Assembly (NCBI GenBank): GCA_041484135.1
Contig: JBGPHD010000003.1
Coordinates: 1 to 47,629 of the forward strand
Direction: 5' to 3'
DNA: 47,629 bases
Source: Gemmatimonadota bacterium
GTDB lineage: Bacteria; Gemmatimonadota; Gemmatimonadetes; Gemmatimonadales; JACORV01
The notes under the pieces were generated by a model. It had not been told where the DNA came from. It saw nothing but the letters and a program-made list of their open reading frames with translations, and did no database searches. The translations under genes were made by a program, and so were the position numbers. This document shows positions 9,863 through 21,387 of the stretch, one piece after another (positions within the stretch are counted from its first letter, which is position 1; the number at the start of each line of letters is the position of its first letter).

Positions 9863-11458
9863 ATGCTGCGCTCTACCGCTCTGGTACTCACTCTGGCTGC
9901 GCTCGCCGTGCCGCTCAAGGCCGGTGACCTGCCTTCTCGCACCGGGCGCCCGAACGAGCCCCCGGGCATCCGCGTCTGGACGTCGCACGGCGAGGTGTAC
10001 CGCCGCGGCGAGCGGGTCCGCCTCTACTTCCGGACCGAACGGGACGCGTACGTGCTCATCCTGCGCACCGACACCGACGGCCGCGTCCGCATCCTCTTCC
10101 CGCGCGTGCCCAGCGAGAACAACTACGTGCGGGGCGGCGCCAGCTACGACGTGCCGAACGTCGGCCAGCACGACGCGTTCGTCGTGGACGACGATCCCGG
10201 CGTGGGCTACGTCTTCGCGATCGCGGCCCAGGACCAGTTCCTGTGGGACCCGTGGACCTACGGGGACCGCTGGCAGCTCGACCAGGCCAGCGACAGCCGC
10301 ATCCACGGCGATCCCTACACCTCGCTCGAGGAGCTGGTGCAGCACATCCTCCCCGAGGGGTACGCGGATTTCGACACGCACCTGCTTCCCTATTCGGTGG
10401 AGCAGCACTACGACTACCCCCGGTTCGTGTGCTACGACTGCCACTCGTACGCGGGCTTCGCGTACTGGAACCCGTACCGGACCTACTGCCCCCGGTTCAC
10501 GCTGTTCGTGTACAACGATCCTTACTACTTCTACCCGAGCTACTGGTATCCGACCCGGTACTACGGCGGCACGCGGGTGGTGTACGTGCGGCCGGGGCAG
10601 CGGGAGGGGCGCTACATCTTCAAGGCGCGCGACGACCAGAGCCAGGCGCCGATCGCCTATCGCGACCGTCGTGACGACCCCGGCGCCGGTGTCAGTGGCC
10701 GCCGGCCGGCCGACCGCGGCGTGCGCGGCGCCGACATCGGTGGCGTGGGCAGCGTGGCGGTGCCCGGGACCGGCGGGCGGCGGCTCTTCACGCCCCCCGA
10801 CGGCGGGACGGGCGGCGGCGGACACGTGGGTGGGCGCGAACCGGCGGACCGTTCGCCGGCGATCGGTGGCGGCGGGATGCCCGAACGGCGCCCCGTGACC
10901 CCCGGCGGCGCGACGACCGACGTGGCGCCGAACGTCAACCGCGGCGTCACCCCGGACGACGGCGGGCGGCGGCGCATGCCTAACGACCCCTCGACGGGCC
11001 CCGCGCCGCAGCCGCGCGAGGCGACCCCGCCCGAAGGCGGCCGCCGCGGCATCGCGACCGATCCCGCGGTCACCCGGCCCACGCCGCGCGAACCGATCAC
11101 CGGACCGGCCGAGCCGCCGGTGAACCGGGGCTTCGCGCGGCCCGAGTGGCGCGGGAACACCACCTCGCCCTCGCCGCGCCCCGAGCCGCGTTCGCCCGAC
11201 GCGCGTCCCGGCGCACCGCAGCCCCGCGCACCTGACGCGCGGCCCGAACCCCGCGCGCCGGACTCGCGGCCGGAACCCCGCGCTCCTGAGGCCCGGCCCC
11301 AGCCGCGGGCGCCCGAGCCGCAGCCGCGCGCTGAACCGCAGCCGCGTGCCGAGCCGCGCCAGCAGCCGCGGGCCGAGCCGAGGCAGGAGCCGCGCGCCTC
11401 GCCGCCGCCGGCGCGGCAGCCGTCCCCGAGCCCCACGCTCACGAGGAGACGGCCGTAG
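9863..11458 (+). CDS. Secreted DUF4384-domain protein with a CxxCH motif, Tyr-rich segment and long Pro/Arg-rich tail
   Basis: Signal peptide after the SD, YRRGERVRLYFRTERDAYV...DTDGRVRILFP (DUF4384-like), CYDCH at 10430-10444, PEPRAP repeats. Confidence 0.8.
   Translation: MLRSTALVLTLAALAVPLKAGDLPSRTGRPNEPPGIRVWTSHGEVYRRGERVRLYFRTERDAYVLILRTDTDGRVRILFPRVPSENNYVRGGASYDVPNVGQHDAFVVDDDPGVGYVFAIAAQDQFLWDPWTYGDRWQLDQASDSRIHGDPYTSLEELVQHILPEGYADFDTHLLPYSVEQHYDYPRFVCYDCHSYAGFAYWNPYRTYCPRFTLFVYNDPYYFYPSYWYPTRYYGGTRVVYVRPGQREGRYIFKARDDQSQAPIAYRDRRDDPGAGVSGRRPADRGVRGADIGGVGSVAVPGTGGRRLFTPPDGGTGGGGHVGGREPADRSPAIGGGGMPERRPVTPGGATTDVAPNVNRGVTPDDGGRRRMPNDPSTGPAPQPREATPPEGGRRGIATDPAVTRPTPREPITGPAEPPVNRGFARPEWRGNTTSPSPRPEPRSPDARPGAPQPRAPDARPEPRAPDSRPEPRAPEARPQPRAPEPQPRAEPQPRAEPRQQPRAEPRQEPRASPPPARQPSPSPTLTRRRP
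11173..11400 (+). repeat. Coding tandem repeats (PEPRAPDAR / PQPRAE units)
   Basis: Degenerate in-frame repeats in the low-complexity C-terminus. Confidence 0.7.
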
Positions 11459-11502
11459 CAGGCGTCGCACCCCGCAACACGTTCCTCGCAGCAACATCCC
11501 CG

Positions 11503-11544
11503 AGCGTCCGGCCGTAGTGGTAAGCGGCCGGACGCTTACCTTTC
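11503..11544 (+). terminator. Intrinsic terminator-like hairpin after the DUF4384 gene
   Basis: 12-bp stem AGCGTCCGGCCG / CGGCCGGACGCT followed by TACCTTTC (weak U-tract). Confidence 0.55.
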
Positions 11545-11589
11545 ATCCCTCACCCAGCAACCCGCGCTCCACCTCGACCCAGGTGACCG

Positions 11590-13152
11590 ATGCGACGTTC
11601 CCTGTTCGCGCTGTTGCTCCCGCTCGCCGCGCCGCTCGCGGCCCAGACCCGCGCCCCCGGCGCGGATCCCGCCGTCCGCCGTGCGATCGAGACCATCACC
11701 GAGTCCGACGTGCGGCGGCGCATCGGCATCCTCTCCGACGATTCGATGCGTGGCCGCCTGACACCCTCCCCGCAGCTGGAGCAGGTCGCGGCCTACGTGG
11801 CGTCGGAGTTCCGGCGCCTCGGCCTGCGGCCCGGCGGCGACCGCGGCACCTTCCTCCAGCGCTACACCATCCGCCGGACCCAGATCGACACCGGCTCCTA
11901 CGCCATGGCGATCGGGAACGGGGTGCACGGCCACTGGGTGCTGGGCCGCGACGCCTGGCTCCGCGCGGGGCCCGTGCCCGACCAGCCGGTGGACGGTCCC
12001 ATCGTGCTCCTGGTGGGCATGCCGACGGACACCGCCCGCCCCTTCGGCGACGTCCCGGTGCGCGGCGCCATCGTGCTGCACGTGGTGTCGAGCCAGCAGC
12101 GGACCCTCGCCCTCCTGCCCACGATCACCAAGGGCGCGGCCGCCGGGGCGCGCGGCTGGATCGTCGTCTCCGACCGGAACGCCGGGTTCTTCGGGACGCT
12201 GGTGCGCGGCGCCCTGACCACGCGGATGCGCCTGGTGGGAGGCGCCTCCAGCGGCGATGCGCCCATCCCGGTGGTCGAGGTGCTCGACGGCAGCGCGGCC
12301 ACTGTGCTCAGGGCCGCGGGCGAGGACATCGCGGCGTTGCGCGCGTCCAGGACCCCCGCGGTGCGCGCCCTCGCGGGCGTCACGGGCGGCATCGGGATCC
12401 ACCAGGCGGTCCTCGGCGAGGCGTCGGCGCCTAACGTGATCGGCATCCTCGAAGGGAGCGACCCGCAGCTCCGGAACGAGTACGTCTTCTTCACCGGCCA
12501 CATGGACCACATCGGCACGGCGGGGAACGGGATCGGCTGCGCGGCCGTGGGCGCCGACTCCATCTGCAACGGCGCCGACGACGACGCCTCCGGCACCACC
12601 GGCGTGCTCGAGCTGGCCGAGGCCTACGCCACCATGAATCCGCGGCCCCGGCGCTCCCTCGTCTTCATGACGGTGAGCGGCGAGGAGCGCGGGCTCTGGG
12701 GGAGCGAGTTCTACTCCGAGCATCCGCTGCTCCCGCTCGCCGGCACGGTGGCCGACCTCAACATCGACATGATCGGCCGCAACTGGCGCGACACCATCGT
12801 GGCGATCGGGAAGGAGCACTCGAACCTCGGCGCCGTCGCCAACCGGGTGACCACCGAGCACCCGGAGCTGGGGATGCGCATCATCGACGACATCTGGCCG
12901 GAGATGCAGCTCTACTTCCGGTCGGACCACTACAACTTCGCGCGCAAGGGCGTGCCGATCCTCTTCTTCTTCAACGGCGTCCATCCCGACTACCATCGCG
13001 TGAGCGACTCGGTCGAGAAGATCGACGCGGAGAAGGAGGCGCGGATCATCCGGATGGTGTTCTACATCGGGCTCGACGTGGCGAACACGGCCGCGCGGCC
13101 GCAGTGGAACCCCGAGAGCCGCCGCCGCATCGTCGAGACCGCGGGGAACTGA
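11590..13152 (+). CDS. Secreted M28-family metallopeptidase with PA-like insert
   Basis: Signal peptide; HMDH, GADDDASG, GEERGL, NIDMIGR, RSDH and DYH motifs. Confidence 0.92.
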   Translation: MRRSLFALLLPLAAPLAAQTRAPGADPAVRRAIETITESDVRRRIGILSDDSMRGRLTPSPQLEQVAAYVASEFRRLGLRPGGDRGTFLQRYTIRRTQIDTGSYAMAIGNGVHGHWVLGRDAWLRAGPVPDQPVDGPIVLLVGMPTDTARPFGDVPVRGAIVLHVVSSQQRTLALLPTITKGAAAGARGWIVVSDRNAGFFGTLVRGALTTRMRLVGGASSGDAPIPVVEVLDGSAATVLRAAGEDIAALRASRTPAVRALAGVTGGIGIHQAVLGEASAPNVIGILEGSDPQLRNEYVFFTGHMDHIGTAGNGIGCAAVGADSICNGADDDASGTTGVLELAEAYATMNPRPRRSLVFMTVSGEERGLWGSEFYSEHPLLPLAGTVADLNIDMIGRNWRDTIVAIGKEHSNLGAVANRVTTEHPELGMRIIDDIWPEMQLYFRSDHYNFARKGVPILFFFNGVHPDYHRVSDSVEKIDAEKEARIIRMVFYIGLDVANTAARPQWNPESRRRIVETAGN

Positions 13153-13165
13153 CGGTCCCGCACCC

Positions 13166-14053
13166 ATGATCCGCACCGGCCCCGCCGGGTGGTCGTACCC
13201 CGATTCCCCGGGGCACGTCTACCCGGCGGACGCCGGCAAGCGCTCCGACGCGCTCGCCTACCTCGCCGGCTACTTCGACACCATCGAGATCAACGCCACT
13301 TTCTACGCGCCCCAGCCGCCGCGGAACTTCACGTCGTGGGTGAAGCGGGTGGCGGCGAACCCGGACTTCCGGTTCACCGCCAAGTTGTGGCAGCGGTTCA
13401 CCCATCCAGAGGGTGTCGGGGGTGGGGTGTCGGGTGTGGGGCCGTGGACCGCGGACGAGATCCGCCAGGTCACCGACGGCCTGGCGATCCTGCGCGAGGC
13501 CGGCCGGTTAGGCGCGGTGCTGGCGCAGTTCCCGTGGTCGTTCAAGGCCTCCGACGCGCATCGCGACGACCTCAAGCGGCTCGCCGAGACGTTCCGCGAC
13601 TGGCCGGTGGTGGTGGAGCTGCGTCACGGCTCCTGGGCCACCCACGAGGACGCCGTCCTCTTCAAGGCGCTCGGCCTGGGCTTCTGCAACATCGACCAGC
13701 CCGTCATCGGCACGTCCATCAAGCCCACGGCGGGCGCCACCAGCGCCGTCGGCTACGTCCGCTTCCACGGCCGCAACTATGACCACTGGATCGAGCACGA
13801 GGAGACGGCCCAGCGCTACGACTACCTCTACACGGCCGAGGAGCTGGCGCCCTGGGTGGACCGCATCCGGAAGGTGGCCGCGTCGGACGGCGTCGAGGAC
13901 GTCTACGTGATCTCCAACAACCATTTCGAGGGAAAAGGCCCCGCCAACGCGCTGATGATCAGGGCCATGCTGGAGGGGCGGAAGGTGAAAGCGCCGCCCA
14001 CGCTGGTCGCGACCTACCCCGCCGCGCTGGAGCCGCACACCGAGCCTGCCTAG
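13166..14053 (+). CDS. DUF72 (YecE-like) protein
   Basis: [53 protein letters not shown] motifs. Confidence 0.92.
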   Translation: MIRTGPAGWSYPDSPGHVYPADAGKRSDALAYLAGYFDTIEINATFYAPQPPRNFTSWVKRVAANPDFRFTAKLWQRFTHPEGVGGGVSGVGPWTADEIRQVTDGLAILREAGRLGAVLAQFPWSFKASDAHRDDLKRLAETFRDWPVVVELRHGSWATHEDAVLFKALGLGFCNIDQPVIGTSIKPTAGATSAVGYVRFHGRNYDHWIEHEETAQRYDYLYTAEELAPWVDRIRKVAASDGVEDVYVISNNHFEGKGPANALMIRAMLEGRKVKAPPTLVATYPAALEPHTEPA

Positions 14054-14076
14054 CCGGGCTATATTTGTCCCCGCCC

Positions 14077-15873
14077 ATGGACGCCCGTCATATCCGCAAC
14101 TTCTGCATCGTGGCCCACATCGACCACGGGAAGAGCACGCTCGCCGACCGGCTGATCGAGGCCACCGGCACGCTCTCCAAGCGGGAGATGCGCGAGCAGG
14201 TGCTCGACACCATGGACCTCGAGCGCGAGCGCGGCATCACCATCAAGCTGAACGCGGTGCGGATGTCGTATACCTCGGCGGATGGGAGCGGGTACGAGCT
14301 CAACCTCATCGACACGCCCGGGCACGTGGACTTCACCTACGAGGTCTCGCGCTCGCTCGCCGCGTGCGAGGGCGCCATCCTGGTGGTGGACGCCTCGCAG
14401 GGGATCCAGGCGCAGACGTTGTCGAACCTGTTCCTCGCCATGGACGCGGGGCTCGAGATCATCCCCGTCTTGAACAAGATCGACCTCCCCTCCGCGGAGC
14501 CGGAGCGCCGCAAGGGCGAGATCCACGACCTCATCGGCGCCGACCCCGACGAGATCCTGCTCGTCTCCGCCAAGGAAGGGCGCGGCGTGCCGGAGCTCCT
14601 CGAGGCCATCGTGCGCCGCGTGCCGCCCCCGACGGGAGACCCCGAGGCGCCGCTCCGCGCCCTGATCTTCGACAGCTATTACGACCGCTATCGCGGCGCC
14701 ATCCCGTCCATCCGGGTGGTGGACGGCGTCTTGAAGCCCAAGATGCGGATCGCCTTCGGGGCGCACGAGAAGACCTACGAGGTGGACGAAGTCGGCTACC
14801 TCCAGCTCGGCCAGCATCCGGCCGAGCAGCTGGTGGCGGGCGAGGTGGGGTACGTGCACGCCAACATCCGCGAGGTGCGCGACACCCGCGTGGGCGACAC
14901 GGTGCTCGACGCGGACCGCCGGGCGACGGAGCTGCTCCCCGGCTATCGCGACGTCAAGTCCATGGTGTTCGCGGGGCTCTATCCCACCGCGCCCGAGGCG
15001 TACGAGGACCTGCGCGACGCGCTGGCCAAGCTCCAGATGAACGACGGGTCGCTGCACTACGAGCCCGAGTCGTCGGTGGCGCTGGGGTTCGGGTTCCGCT
15101 GCGGGTTCCTCGGGCTACTGCACATGGAGATCGTGCAGGAGCGGCTGGAGCGCGAGTTCAACCTCGACCTCATCACCACGGTGCCTAACGTCGAGTACGA
15201 CGTCTATCTCACCGACGGGACGAAGGTGGTGGTGGAGAACCCGAGCAAGATGCCCACCGGCTCCGAGGTGGACCGCATCGAGGAGCCGTTCGTCAAGGCG
15301 CGCATCCTCTCGCCCGCGGACTACATCGGCGGGCTGATGAAGCTGGGCCAGGAGCGGCGCGGCACCTACCTCGGCATGAAGTACCTGGACACCACGCGGG
15401 TGGAGTTCGAGTGGGAGTTCCCGCTGGCCGAGATCATCCTGGACTTCTACGACCGCCTGAAGACGCTGTCGCGCGGCTACGCGACGCTCGACTACGAGTT
15501 CGGCGGCTACCGCGCCGGCGAGCTGGTGAAGCTCGACATGCTGATCAACGGCGACCCGGTGGACGCGTTCAGCGTGATCATCCACCGCGACAAGGCGTAC
15601 GACTGGGGACGGAAGCTGGCGGAGAAGCTGCGCGAGCTGATCCCGCGGCAGCTCTTCGAGGTGGTGATCCAGGCGGCGATCGGCAACAAGGTGATCGCGC
15701 GGGAGAGCGTGCGGCCCTTGCGCAAGAACGTGACCGCCAAGTGCTACGGCGGCGACGTGACGCGGAAGCGCAAGCTCCTGGAGAAGCAGAAGGAAGGGAA
15801 GAAGCGGATGAAGCAGGTCGGCACCGTCGAGATCCCGCAGGAGGCGTTCCTGGCGGTGCTCAAAGTCGAATAA
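14077..15873 (+). CDS. lepA: Elongation factor 4 (LepA)
   Basis: [72 protein letters not shown] 14077 is preferred over TTG 14065. Confidence 0.99.
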   Translation: MDARHIRNFCIVAHIDHGKSTLADRLIEATGTLSKREMREQVLDTMDLERERGITIKLNAVRMSYTSADGSGYELNLIDTPGHVDFTYEVSRSLAACEGAILVVDASQGIQAQTLSNLFLAMDAGLEIIPVLNKIDLPSAEPERRKGEIHDLIGADPDEILLVSAKEGRGVPELLEAIVRRVPPPTGDPEAPLRALIFDSYYDRYRGAIPSIRVVDGVLKPKMRIAFGAHEKTYEVDEVGYLQLGQHPAEQLVAGEVGYVHANIREVRDTRVGDTVLDADRRATELLPGYRDVKSMVFAGLYPTAPEAYEDLRDALAKLQMNDGSLHYEPESSVALGFGFRCGFLGLLHMEIVQERLEREFNLDLITTVPNVEYDVYLTDGTKVVVENPSKMPTGSEVDRIEEPFVKARILSPADYIGGLMKLGQERRGTYLGMKYLDTTRVEFEWEFPLAEIILDFYDRLKTLSRGYATLDYEFGGYRAGELVKLDMLINGDPVDAFSVIIHRDKAYDWGRKLAEKLRELIPRQLFEVVIQAAIGNKVIARESVRPLRKNVTAKCYGGDVTRKRKLLEKQKEGKKRMKQVGTVEIPQEAFLAVLKVE

Positions 15874-15929
15874 CGGGAATCGGGAATCGGGACAGAACGT
15901 GTAGGGGCGGACCTCGTGTCCGCCCTTTT
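15874..15929 (+). repeat. GGGAATC heptamer repeats plus a GTAG-type REP-like palindrome that may also act as terminator
   Basis: CGGGAATCGGGAATCGGGA, then GTAG-GGGCGGAC-CTCGT-GTCCGCCC-TTTT (15901-15929). Confidence 0.65.
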
Positions 15930-16047
15930 GCATGCTGACGACCCGGTGATCGCGGGGATCATAGAGGGCGGCTTATCCTGGGACGCGAGAGATCGTGTCG
16001 GTGCACGACAACGCATCATTCCTGTCCGAGATCCGCACCCGTGATCT

Positions 16048-16458
16048 CTAGGGCTGCACGACCGTGAGGGTGAAGAAGGCTGTATTCGGGATGATGGCGT
16101 AGTTCGTGCCCGTCACCTGAGCGGGCAACGCCGCGTACGACGCGAACGCACCGACGTCCGGCACGTTGACCCGCACCAGCGCCCCCCCCGCCAGTGTGCT
16201 GCCCATCGGTGCCACGACCGCAACGAGCGTCATGTTGGGCCCCAAGCTGGTCGTGAAGACGCGGTAACCGGTCCCGCTCGGCGCCGACACGCTACTCTGC
16301 GCGCCGTCGAGCCGGAACAGGATGCCGCGCGCGCCGGTGTTCTCGGTCGTGAGCCGCACGACCAGGTCGCCGGCCACGGGCCCGGTAGGGGTGCCGTCGC
16401 CGCACGCGCCCGCGGCGAGCGCCGCAAAGATGCCGAGCATCCCGAAGGCATGTCTCAT
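16048..16458 (-). CDS. Small lipoprotein with predicted beta-sandwich (possibly cohesin-like)
   Basis: [19 protein letters not shown] lipobox; ATG overlaps the M6 protease stop (ATGA); 136 aa. Confidence 0.75.
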   Translation of the reverse strand: MRHAFGMLGIFAALAAGACGDGTPTGPVAGDLVVRLTTENTGARGILFRLDGAQSSVSAPSGTGYRVFTTSLGPNMTLVAVVAPMGSTLAGGALVRVNVPDVGAFASYAALPAQVTGTNYAIIPNTAFFTLTVVQP

Positions 16459-18959
16459 CGCGCGCCCCTCCCGGCGATCCGGGCGATCGTCGCCGCATCG
16501 GCCGCGGTGCCGGTCTTGTCGAGCCACGCGACGAAGTCGCCGATGTCGAGCTGGTTGTTGTTGTTGCCGATCAAGTCGAGGTACTTGCGTTCCGCCGTCG
16601 TGAGCGCCGTACCACCTAGAAGGAACTGGCTGACGACGTTGGCCAGGACGAGGGTGGGCGCGGTGACCGCGAGCCGCAGCGGCAGGTCGAGAGTCTCCGC
16701 GCCCGAAGTCGCGCGCACCGTGAAGGTGTAGGCGCTGTCCCTGGTCGGCGTGCCGTTGATCACGCCCCGAGCGGTCAGGCTGAGCCCTGGCGGGAGCGAC
16801 CCCGCCTGGAGCGCGAAAGTCACCGTCCCGCCGGCGGTCATGCGGACCGTGTCCTGATACGGCGCGCCCATCAGCGGGGCACGCAGCGCCGTGTCGGACA
16901 CGGCGAGCTGCGCCCGGAAATTCGCGGTGACGTTCCAGGGATGGGTCATGCGGAGCGTGATCGAGGCTCCGGCCGCGGTCGTGTCGCCGGTCCAGTTGAG
17001 GAAGGCGAAGCCCGCGCCCGGCGTCGCGGTCAGCGTCACGCTGTCGCCCTCGCCGAGGAAGGCGCCATTGACGAGGTTGACGGTGGACGCCAGGGTGCCC
17101 GTGCCCGCCACGGAGACCTGGGTCTTGAACTTCCTGCTGACCGTCGCGATGAGCGCGGTGCCGGCCAGGGTCATCGTGGCGCGGTGCGAGCGCGTGCCGA
17201 GGTCGGACCAGGCGCTGAAGAGGAACTCGGTCCGCCCGTCCGGGCTCATCTGCGAGGAGTCGATCGCGATCGTGACTGTGTCGCCCTCGCTGAACACGTC
17301 GCGATAGACGTTGTAGGCCACGGTGCGGACGCGCACTTGGGCCGTCGAGTCGCTGGCGCGGACGGTCGTCATTCCGGCGAAGCGAAACCGGAAGGCCATT
17401 TCGCCGCCCGGCACCACTTGTCGGATCGAGTCCACGATGAAGCCGGCGAAGGAGCCGTTCGCGTTCAGAGTCGCCGAGGGGTTGGTCGCGAAGCCGAAGG
17501 CCGTGTTGGCCGAGGAGCCGGGGTACGGGTCTCCCGCGTCGCCCCGATTCTCCACGCCCGGCGTGCTGCTGCGGAGTTGGTTCAACCCGTCGGCCTGCCG
17601 GAGCCACACCGCGTGGATCGGGCCCGAGTTCACGTCGTTCCACAAGAAGCTCTGCGCGTACTTGGTCGAGTCCACGTGCCAGATCAGCAGTCCCGGGCCT
17701 GTCATCCGGATCAGCGCGGTATCCGAGAGCGCCGACTGCCGGTTCTCGAGCAGGAAGTACTCTCCGCGCGGGTTCGCGACGGTCGGGCGGATCAGGAACG
17801 CGGTATCCCCGACGGCGGAGGCACCGAGTTGATACGAGCCGGGAAGTGTGAGCGGGCGGACCGCGATCCAGCCCAGCTCGGCGCGCGAGAAAGCCTCCAT
17901 GCTGGCGGGGGACAACTGCGTCGTCCAGCTGCCCGTGCCCATCAGCCCCCAATTGCCCACCCCGGACGAGTAGTCCTCGTCTTCCGGATTCGCGTCGTAC
18001 AGGTCGTCGAGACCAAGGCCGTGTCCCATCTCGTGCGCGAGGGTCCCGATGCCCATGATCTGGCTGCCGGTACACCCGTCGGCACCGCCTACTCCGGGCT
18101 GGATGATGTAGTTGTCGATGCGGATGAACCCGCCGCCGACACGCGGATCGTTCGTGACGTAAGGTGCCCCCGTCCACTCGCTATAGCTGGATCGGTGCGA
18201 CCAGACATTGCGGCTGGATGAAGCGTCGAGCCCCTGGCACTCTGCGCCAAGCTCCGGCTGTATGAATGCGGCGACGTCCACCGTGCCATCGTCGTCACCC
18301 GAATTGGGGACTCCGTCGGGCCCGTCGTTGTCGTACCGCCCGAAGTTCACGCTCCCGTCGACGCGTGATATCGCCTCGCGCATCAGCTGCGGCATGCGGC
18401 CGGGGCTGGCGCCGAAGTCGCAGAGCGCGTTGCAGTTCCCCTCGTACCAGGTGTCGTTGCTGTCCAAGGCGGTACGCGAGAGGATCTCGCCCTGGAGACT
18501 CAGCAACCCGTTCGACATCTCCTCGTAGAAGGTCCGCACCGTGTAGGGCCGCCCCGGCGGGGCCGTCGCGAACGTGAGCATCGTGTCATAGGCCGCGATC
18601 GGGCGCAGCGTGGTGGTGTCGGTGTTGCGGAAGCTGACCAGGAAGTACGGCACACGGATCACGCCGGAGACGGCCGTAGGCGACGGGGCTGCCTGGGCCC
18701 GCAACCCCACCGGTGCGCGGAACGCGAGGGCGGAGTTGAGGGAGCGAAAGTCGTCACGCGCCAGCGCGCTGGCCCGCGCCACCCTGACCTGGCGGGCACG
18801 CACGCGCCACACTCCGTCCGGCCTGAAGTCGAACCCGCGCGGCTCGCGTGGGCGTCCATCGATGCCCTGGGAAAGCGCGCCGTGCACGGGTATCGCCAGC
18901 GCCGCCAGGAGGCGCACGGCCGTCCACGGCCGCCTAACGAACTCGCCGAGAGGGGTCAC
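16455..18959 (-). CDS. Secreted M6-family (immune inhibitor A-like) metalloprotease with C-terminal Ig-like domains and a dockerin/EF-hand-like tail
   Basis: [67 protein letters not shown] motifs. GTG start overlaps the upstream stop (GTGA). Confidence 0.9.
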   Translation of the reverse strand: MTPLGEFVRRPWTAVRLLAALAIPVHGALSQGIDGRPREPRGFDFRPDGVWRVRARQVRVARASALARDDFRSLNSALAFRAPVGLRAQAAPSPTAVSGVIRVPYFLVSFRNTDTTTLRPIAAYDTMLTFATAPPGRPYTVRTFYEEMSNGLLSLQGEILSRTALDSNDTWYEGNCNALCDFGASPGRMPQLMREAISRVDGSVNFGRYDNDGPDGVPNSGDDDGTVDVAAFIQPELGAECQGLDASSSRNVWSHRSSYSEWTGAPYVTNDPRVGGGFIRIDNYIIQPGVGGADGCTGSQIMGIGTLAHEMGHGLGLDDLYDANPEDEDYSSGVGNWGLMGTGSWTTQLSPASMEAFSRAELGWIAVRPLTLPGSYQLGASAVGDTAFLIRPTVANPRGEYFLLENRQSALSDTALIRMTGPGLLIWHVDSTKYAQSFLWNDVNSGPIHAVWLRQADGLNQLRSSTPGVENRGDAGDPYPGSSANTAFGFATNPSATLNANGSFAGFIVDSIRQVVPGGEMAFRFRFAGMTTVRASDSTAQVRVRTVAYNVYRDVFSEGDTVTIAIDSSQMSPDGRTEFLFSAWSDLGTRSHRATMTLAGTALIATVSRKFKTQVSVAGTGTLASTVNLVNGAFLGEGDSVTLTATPGAGFAFLNWTGDTTAAGASITLRMTHPWNVTANFRAQLAVSDTALRAPLMGAPYQDTVRMTAGGTVTFALQAGSLPPGLSLTARGVINGTPTRDSAYTFTVRATSGAETLDLPLRLAVTAPTLVLANVVSQFLLGGTALTTAERKYLDLIGNNNNQLDIGDFVAWLDKTGTAADAATIARIAGRGAR

Positions 18960-21373
18960 GGCAGGCGATAGACCTCGGTGGTGGCGGTGATGCTGGGCCC
19001 GCGAGTAATGCCGCCGGCGATCAGCACCGTGCCATCGAGGAGCAACGTGGCCGTATGTAAGACGCGGCCCATGGTCATGGTGCCGGCCGGCGCGAATGTG
19101 CCGGTCGCTGGAACGTAGCGGTCCGCGCTGACATTGCCGTCGCCGATCGCCGCCTCGCCACCGGTGACGAGGACCGTCCCGTCCCGCAGTCGCACGGCGG
19201 TACCGGATTCGTGGACCCCGGGGGCGAGCCCGATCCAGCTGAACGTGCCGGTCGCGGGGTCGTAGATCTCGACATTGTCCGGCAGGTTGTTTTCGGTCCA
19301 ATTCCCCTCCACCAGCAGGACCCTGCCATCCTCGAGCAGGGTCGCCGTGCTGACCCCAACGCCTGTCGGGATGCCAGTGCGGCTGAATGCGCCGGTTCGC
19401 GGGTCATAGCGCTCAGCGACACCTTGGACACTTCCCCCCCCGGGTGTGAACGCGGTGATCAGCACGGAGCCGTCCGGGAGCGCTATCGCCACGTCTACCG
19501 AAGCCACCCCCGCGTGCGCGTACGGAGCGGCGAGGGCGAAGGTGCCGCTGGCTGGATCGTAGATCTGCGCGGTGCCCCCCTCGGCGACCAGCACGCGGCC
19601 ATCCGGGAGGAGCGCCGCCGCCCCGTCCCACCACTGCGAGCCGGTCGCGACCGGCTTGCCGGTGGCGGCGAAGGTGCGCGTCGCGGGATCGTAAAGGTCG
19701 GCGCTGCTGTCGTTCGCAACCAGGACCTTGCCGCTGGCCAGCAGGACCGCGGTGTGCAGACCGTCAACGGTGGTCATGTTGCCGGTGGGGGAGAAGGTGC
19801 GGGTGACCGGGTCGTAGGTCTCGGCGCTGCGCGGCGCTGTGGGCCCGCCGAACCCGCCCGCGATCAGGACCGTGCCGTCCGGTAGCAGTGTCGCCGAATG
19901 ACCCCACCGCGCCGTGCTGAGGTTTCCGGCCGCTGTGAACGCGGACCCGGGGACCGGTGGAAGCGGCCCCACCGAGATGCGGGCCTGTCCGACGTTCGTT
20001 CCGGCCGCCGGACCGCCGAAGGCTGACACGGTGACGGTCCCGGGCATGAGGGCCCTCACGAGGCCGCTCTGGCTGACCGTAGCGACGAACCCGTCGCTGG
20101 TTCCCCATGAGATCGGCGCTGCCGCCAACGCCCGGCCCTGGGGGTCGCGCGCCAGGGCGGTCAACTGCACGCTGTCGCCGATCGCGAGCGTGACCGAATC
20201 GGGCGTCACCGTGATCGAGGCGATCGTCACGCCCGACATCACGGTCAGGACCGCCGTCCCGACCTTGCCGCCGGCCGCGGCGGATATGGTGTCCGTTCCA
20301 ACCCCACGGGTGGAGACGCGGCCGTCGGCCGCAACGGACGCCACCGAGTCATCGCTGCTCGACCAGGTCACCGCCTGGGCGTTCAGGACGGCGCCCTGCG
20401 CGTCGCGCGCCACGGCGACGAGCTGCACGCTGCTGCCGAGCGTCACCGTGGCGGTGTCGGGCAGCACGGCGATCGATGCCACCAGCCCGGCCGTTGCGGT
20501 CCCGGTGGTGAAGTCTGCCCCGAAGGGGCTCTCGAGCGCGCTCCCGAGCAGGTCGATGATGGCCGTCGAGGCCACCAGCCGGTACCCCGTGTTGGGCGCC
20601 AGCGCCGCCGCCGGCGTGATCGCGACCGCGGTGTGGGCCGAGTCGGCGAAGCTGAGTGTCGCGGTGACCGGCGTGGTGCCCTGCCGCAACTCGATCGCCC
20701 TCCCGTTCACGGCTGCCGAGTTGACCGGCTCGGTGAAGACGATGAGGATGACGCTGTTGAGCGGCACATCGGTCCCGCGGTGCGGCGGAATGGTGCGCGT
20801 CACCACCGGCGGCCGGCGCGCGGGCACCATGATCCGCTCCTGCGCGAGGACCCCGCCCCGCCCGGCTATCGCCACCGCGAGGGTGTCACCCACCGCGGCC
20901 CCGATGGACACGGGATCGAATCCACCGTCCAGGAGCGGCGTGGTGACGGCCTGGCCGGAGGCGTAGTTGAGGACCGTCGCGCTGACACCGTCAAGAAACG
21001 ACCGGGGCGGCAGCGACACAAATACGACGCGGTCAGACGCGGTAGCTGCGGAGCCGGCAGCCCTCAGCGACGCCGCCGGGAACATGGGAATTGGCGCCGA
21101 GACGACGACACCCGACGACAGCGGGCTCGGCGACTCGGGGGCATCGGGACCGGACACTGCGGCGTTCTCCGAGCAGGCGAGCACGCCGATCGCCGCAAGC
21201 GCCAGCACCCAGCCGCGCTTCCCGGGACGCAGCGGCGTGACCCGCAGGCTCCTCACGGCTGCCCCGCGACCCTGAGGCGCGGGTCCGGCGGGATCAGCAC
21301 TTCGCCGCAGGCCGCCAGCGTGGCTACGGCGGCAAACGCCGCCAGGCGTCGCGAATTCGCGCATCGGGTTCAT
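18956..21373 (-). CDS. Lipoprotein with an SbsA/Big_5 Ig domain, two Big_2 domains and a kelch/galactose-oxidase beta-propeller
   Basis: Lipobox VLAC; [10 protein letters not shown]; [13 protein letters not shown]; kelch repeats [19 protein letters not shown]. Start is ATG 21373 (GGAG SD) or GTG 21256. Confidence 0.85.
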   Translation of the reverse strand: MNPMREFATPGGVCRRSHAGGLRRSADPAGPAPQGRGAAVRSLRVTPLRPGKRGWVLALAAIGVLACSENAAVSGPDAPESPSPLSSGVVVSAPIPMFPAASLRAAGSAATASDRVVFVSLPPRSFLDGVSATVLNYASGQAVTTPLLDGGFDPVSIGAAVGDTLAVAIAGRGGVLAQERIMVPARRPPVVTRTIPPHRGTDVPLNSVILIVFTEPVNSAAVNGRAIELRQGTTPVTATLSFADSAHTAVAITPAAALAPNTGYRLVASTAIIDLLGSALESPFGADFTTGTATAGLVASIAVLPDTATVTLGSSVQLVAVARDAQGAVLNAQAVTWSSSDDSVASVAADGRVSTRGVGTDTISAAAGGKVGTAVLTVMSGVTIASITVTPDSVTLAIGDSVQLTALARDPQGRALAAAPISWGTSDGFVATVSQSGLVRALMPGTVTVSAFGGPAAGTNVGQARISVGPLPPVPGSAFTAAGNLSTARWGHSATLLPDGTVLIAGGFGGPTAPRSAETYDPVTRTFSPTGNMTTVDGLHTAVLLASGKVLVANDSSADLYDPATRTFAATGKPVATGSQWWDGAAALLPDGRVLVAEGGTAQIYDPASGTFALAAPYAHAGVASVDVAIALPDGSVLITAFTPGGGSVQGVAERYDPRTGAFSRTGIPTGVGVSTATLLEDGRVLLVEGNWTENNLPDNVEIYDPATGTFSWIGLAPGVHESGTAVRLRDGTVLVTGGEAAIGDGNVSADRYVPATGTFAPAGTMTMGRVLHTATLLLDGTVLIAGGITRGPSITATTEVYRLP

Positions 21374-21387
21374 AACGACTCCATGGG

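Noticed and set aside
11173-11400. Repeats in the DUF4384 tail as a CRISPR-like array
   Set aside because: They are degenerate, in frame, lack unique spacers and encode a Pro-rich linker.
16459-18177. 709-aa ORF 16048-18177 as a single gene
   Set aside because: Only the last 136 aa (from ATG 16458) look real; the rest overlaps the M6 protease in another frame.
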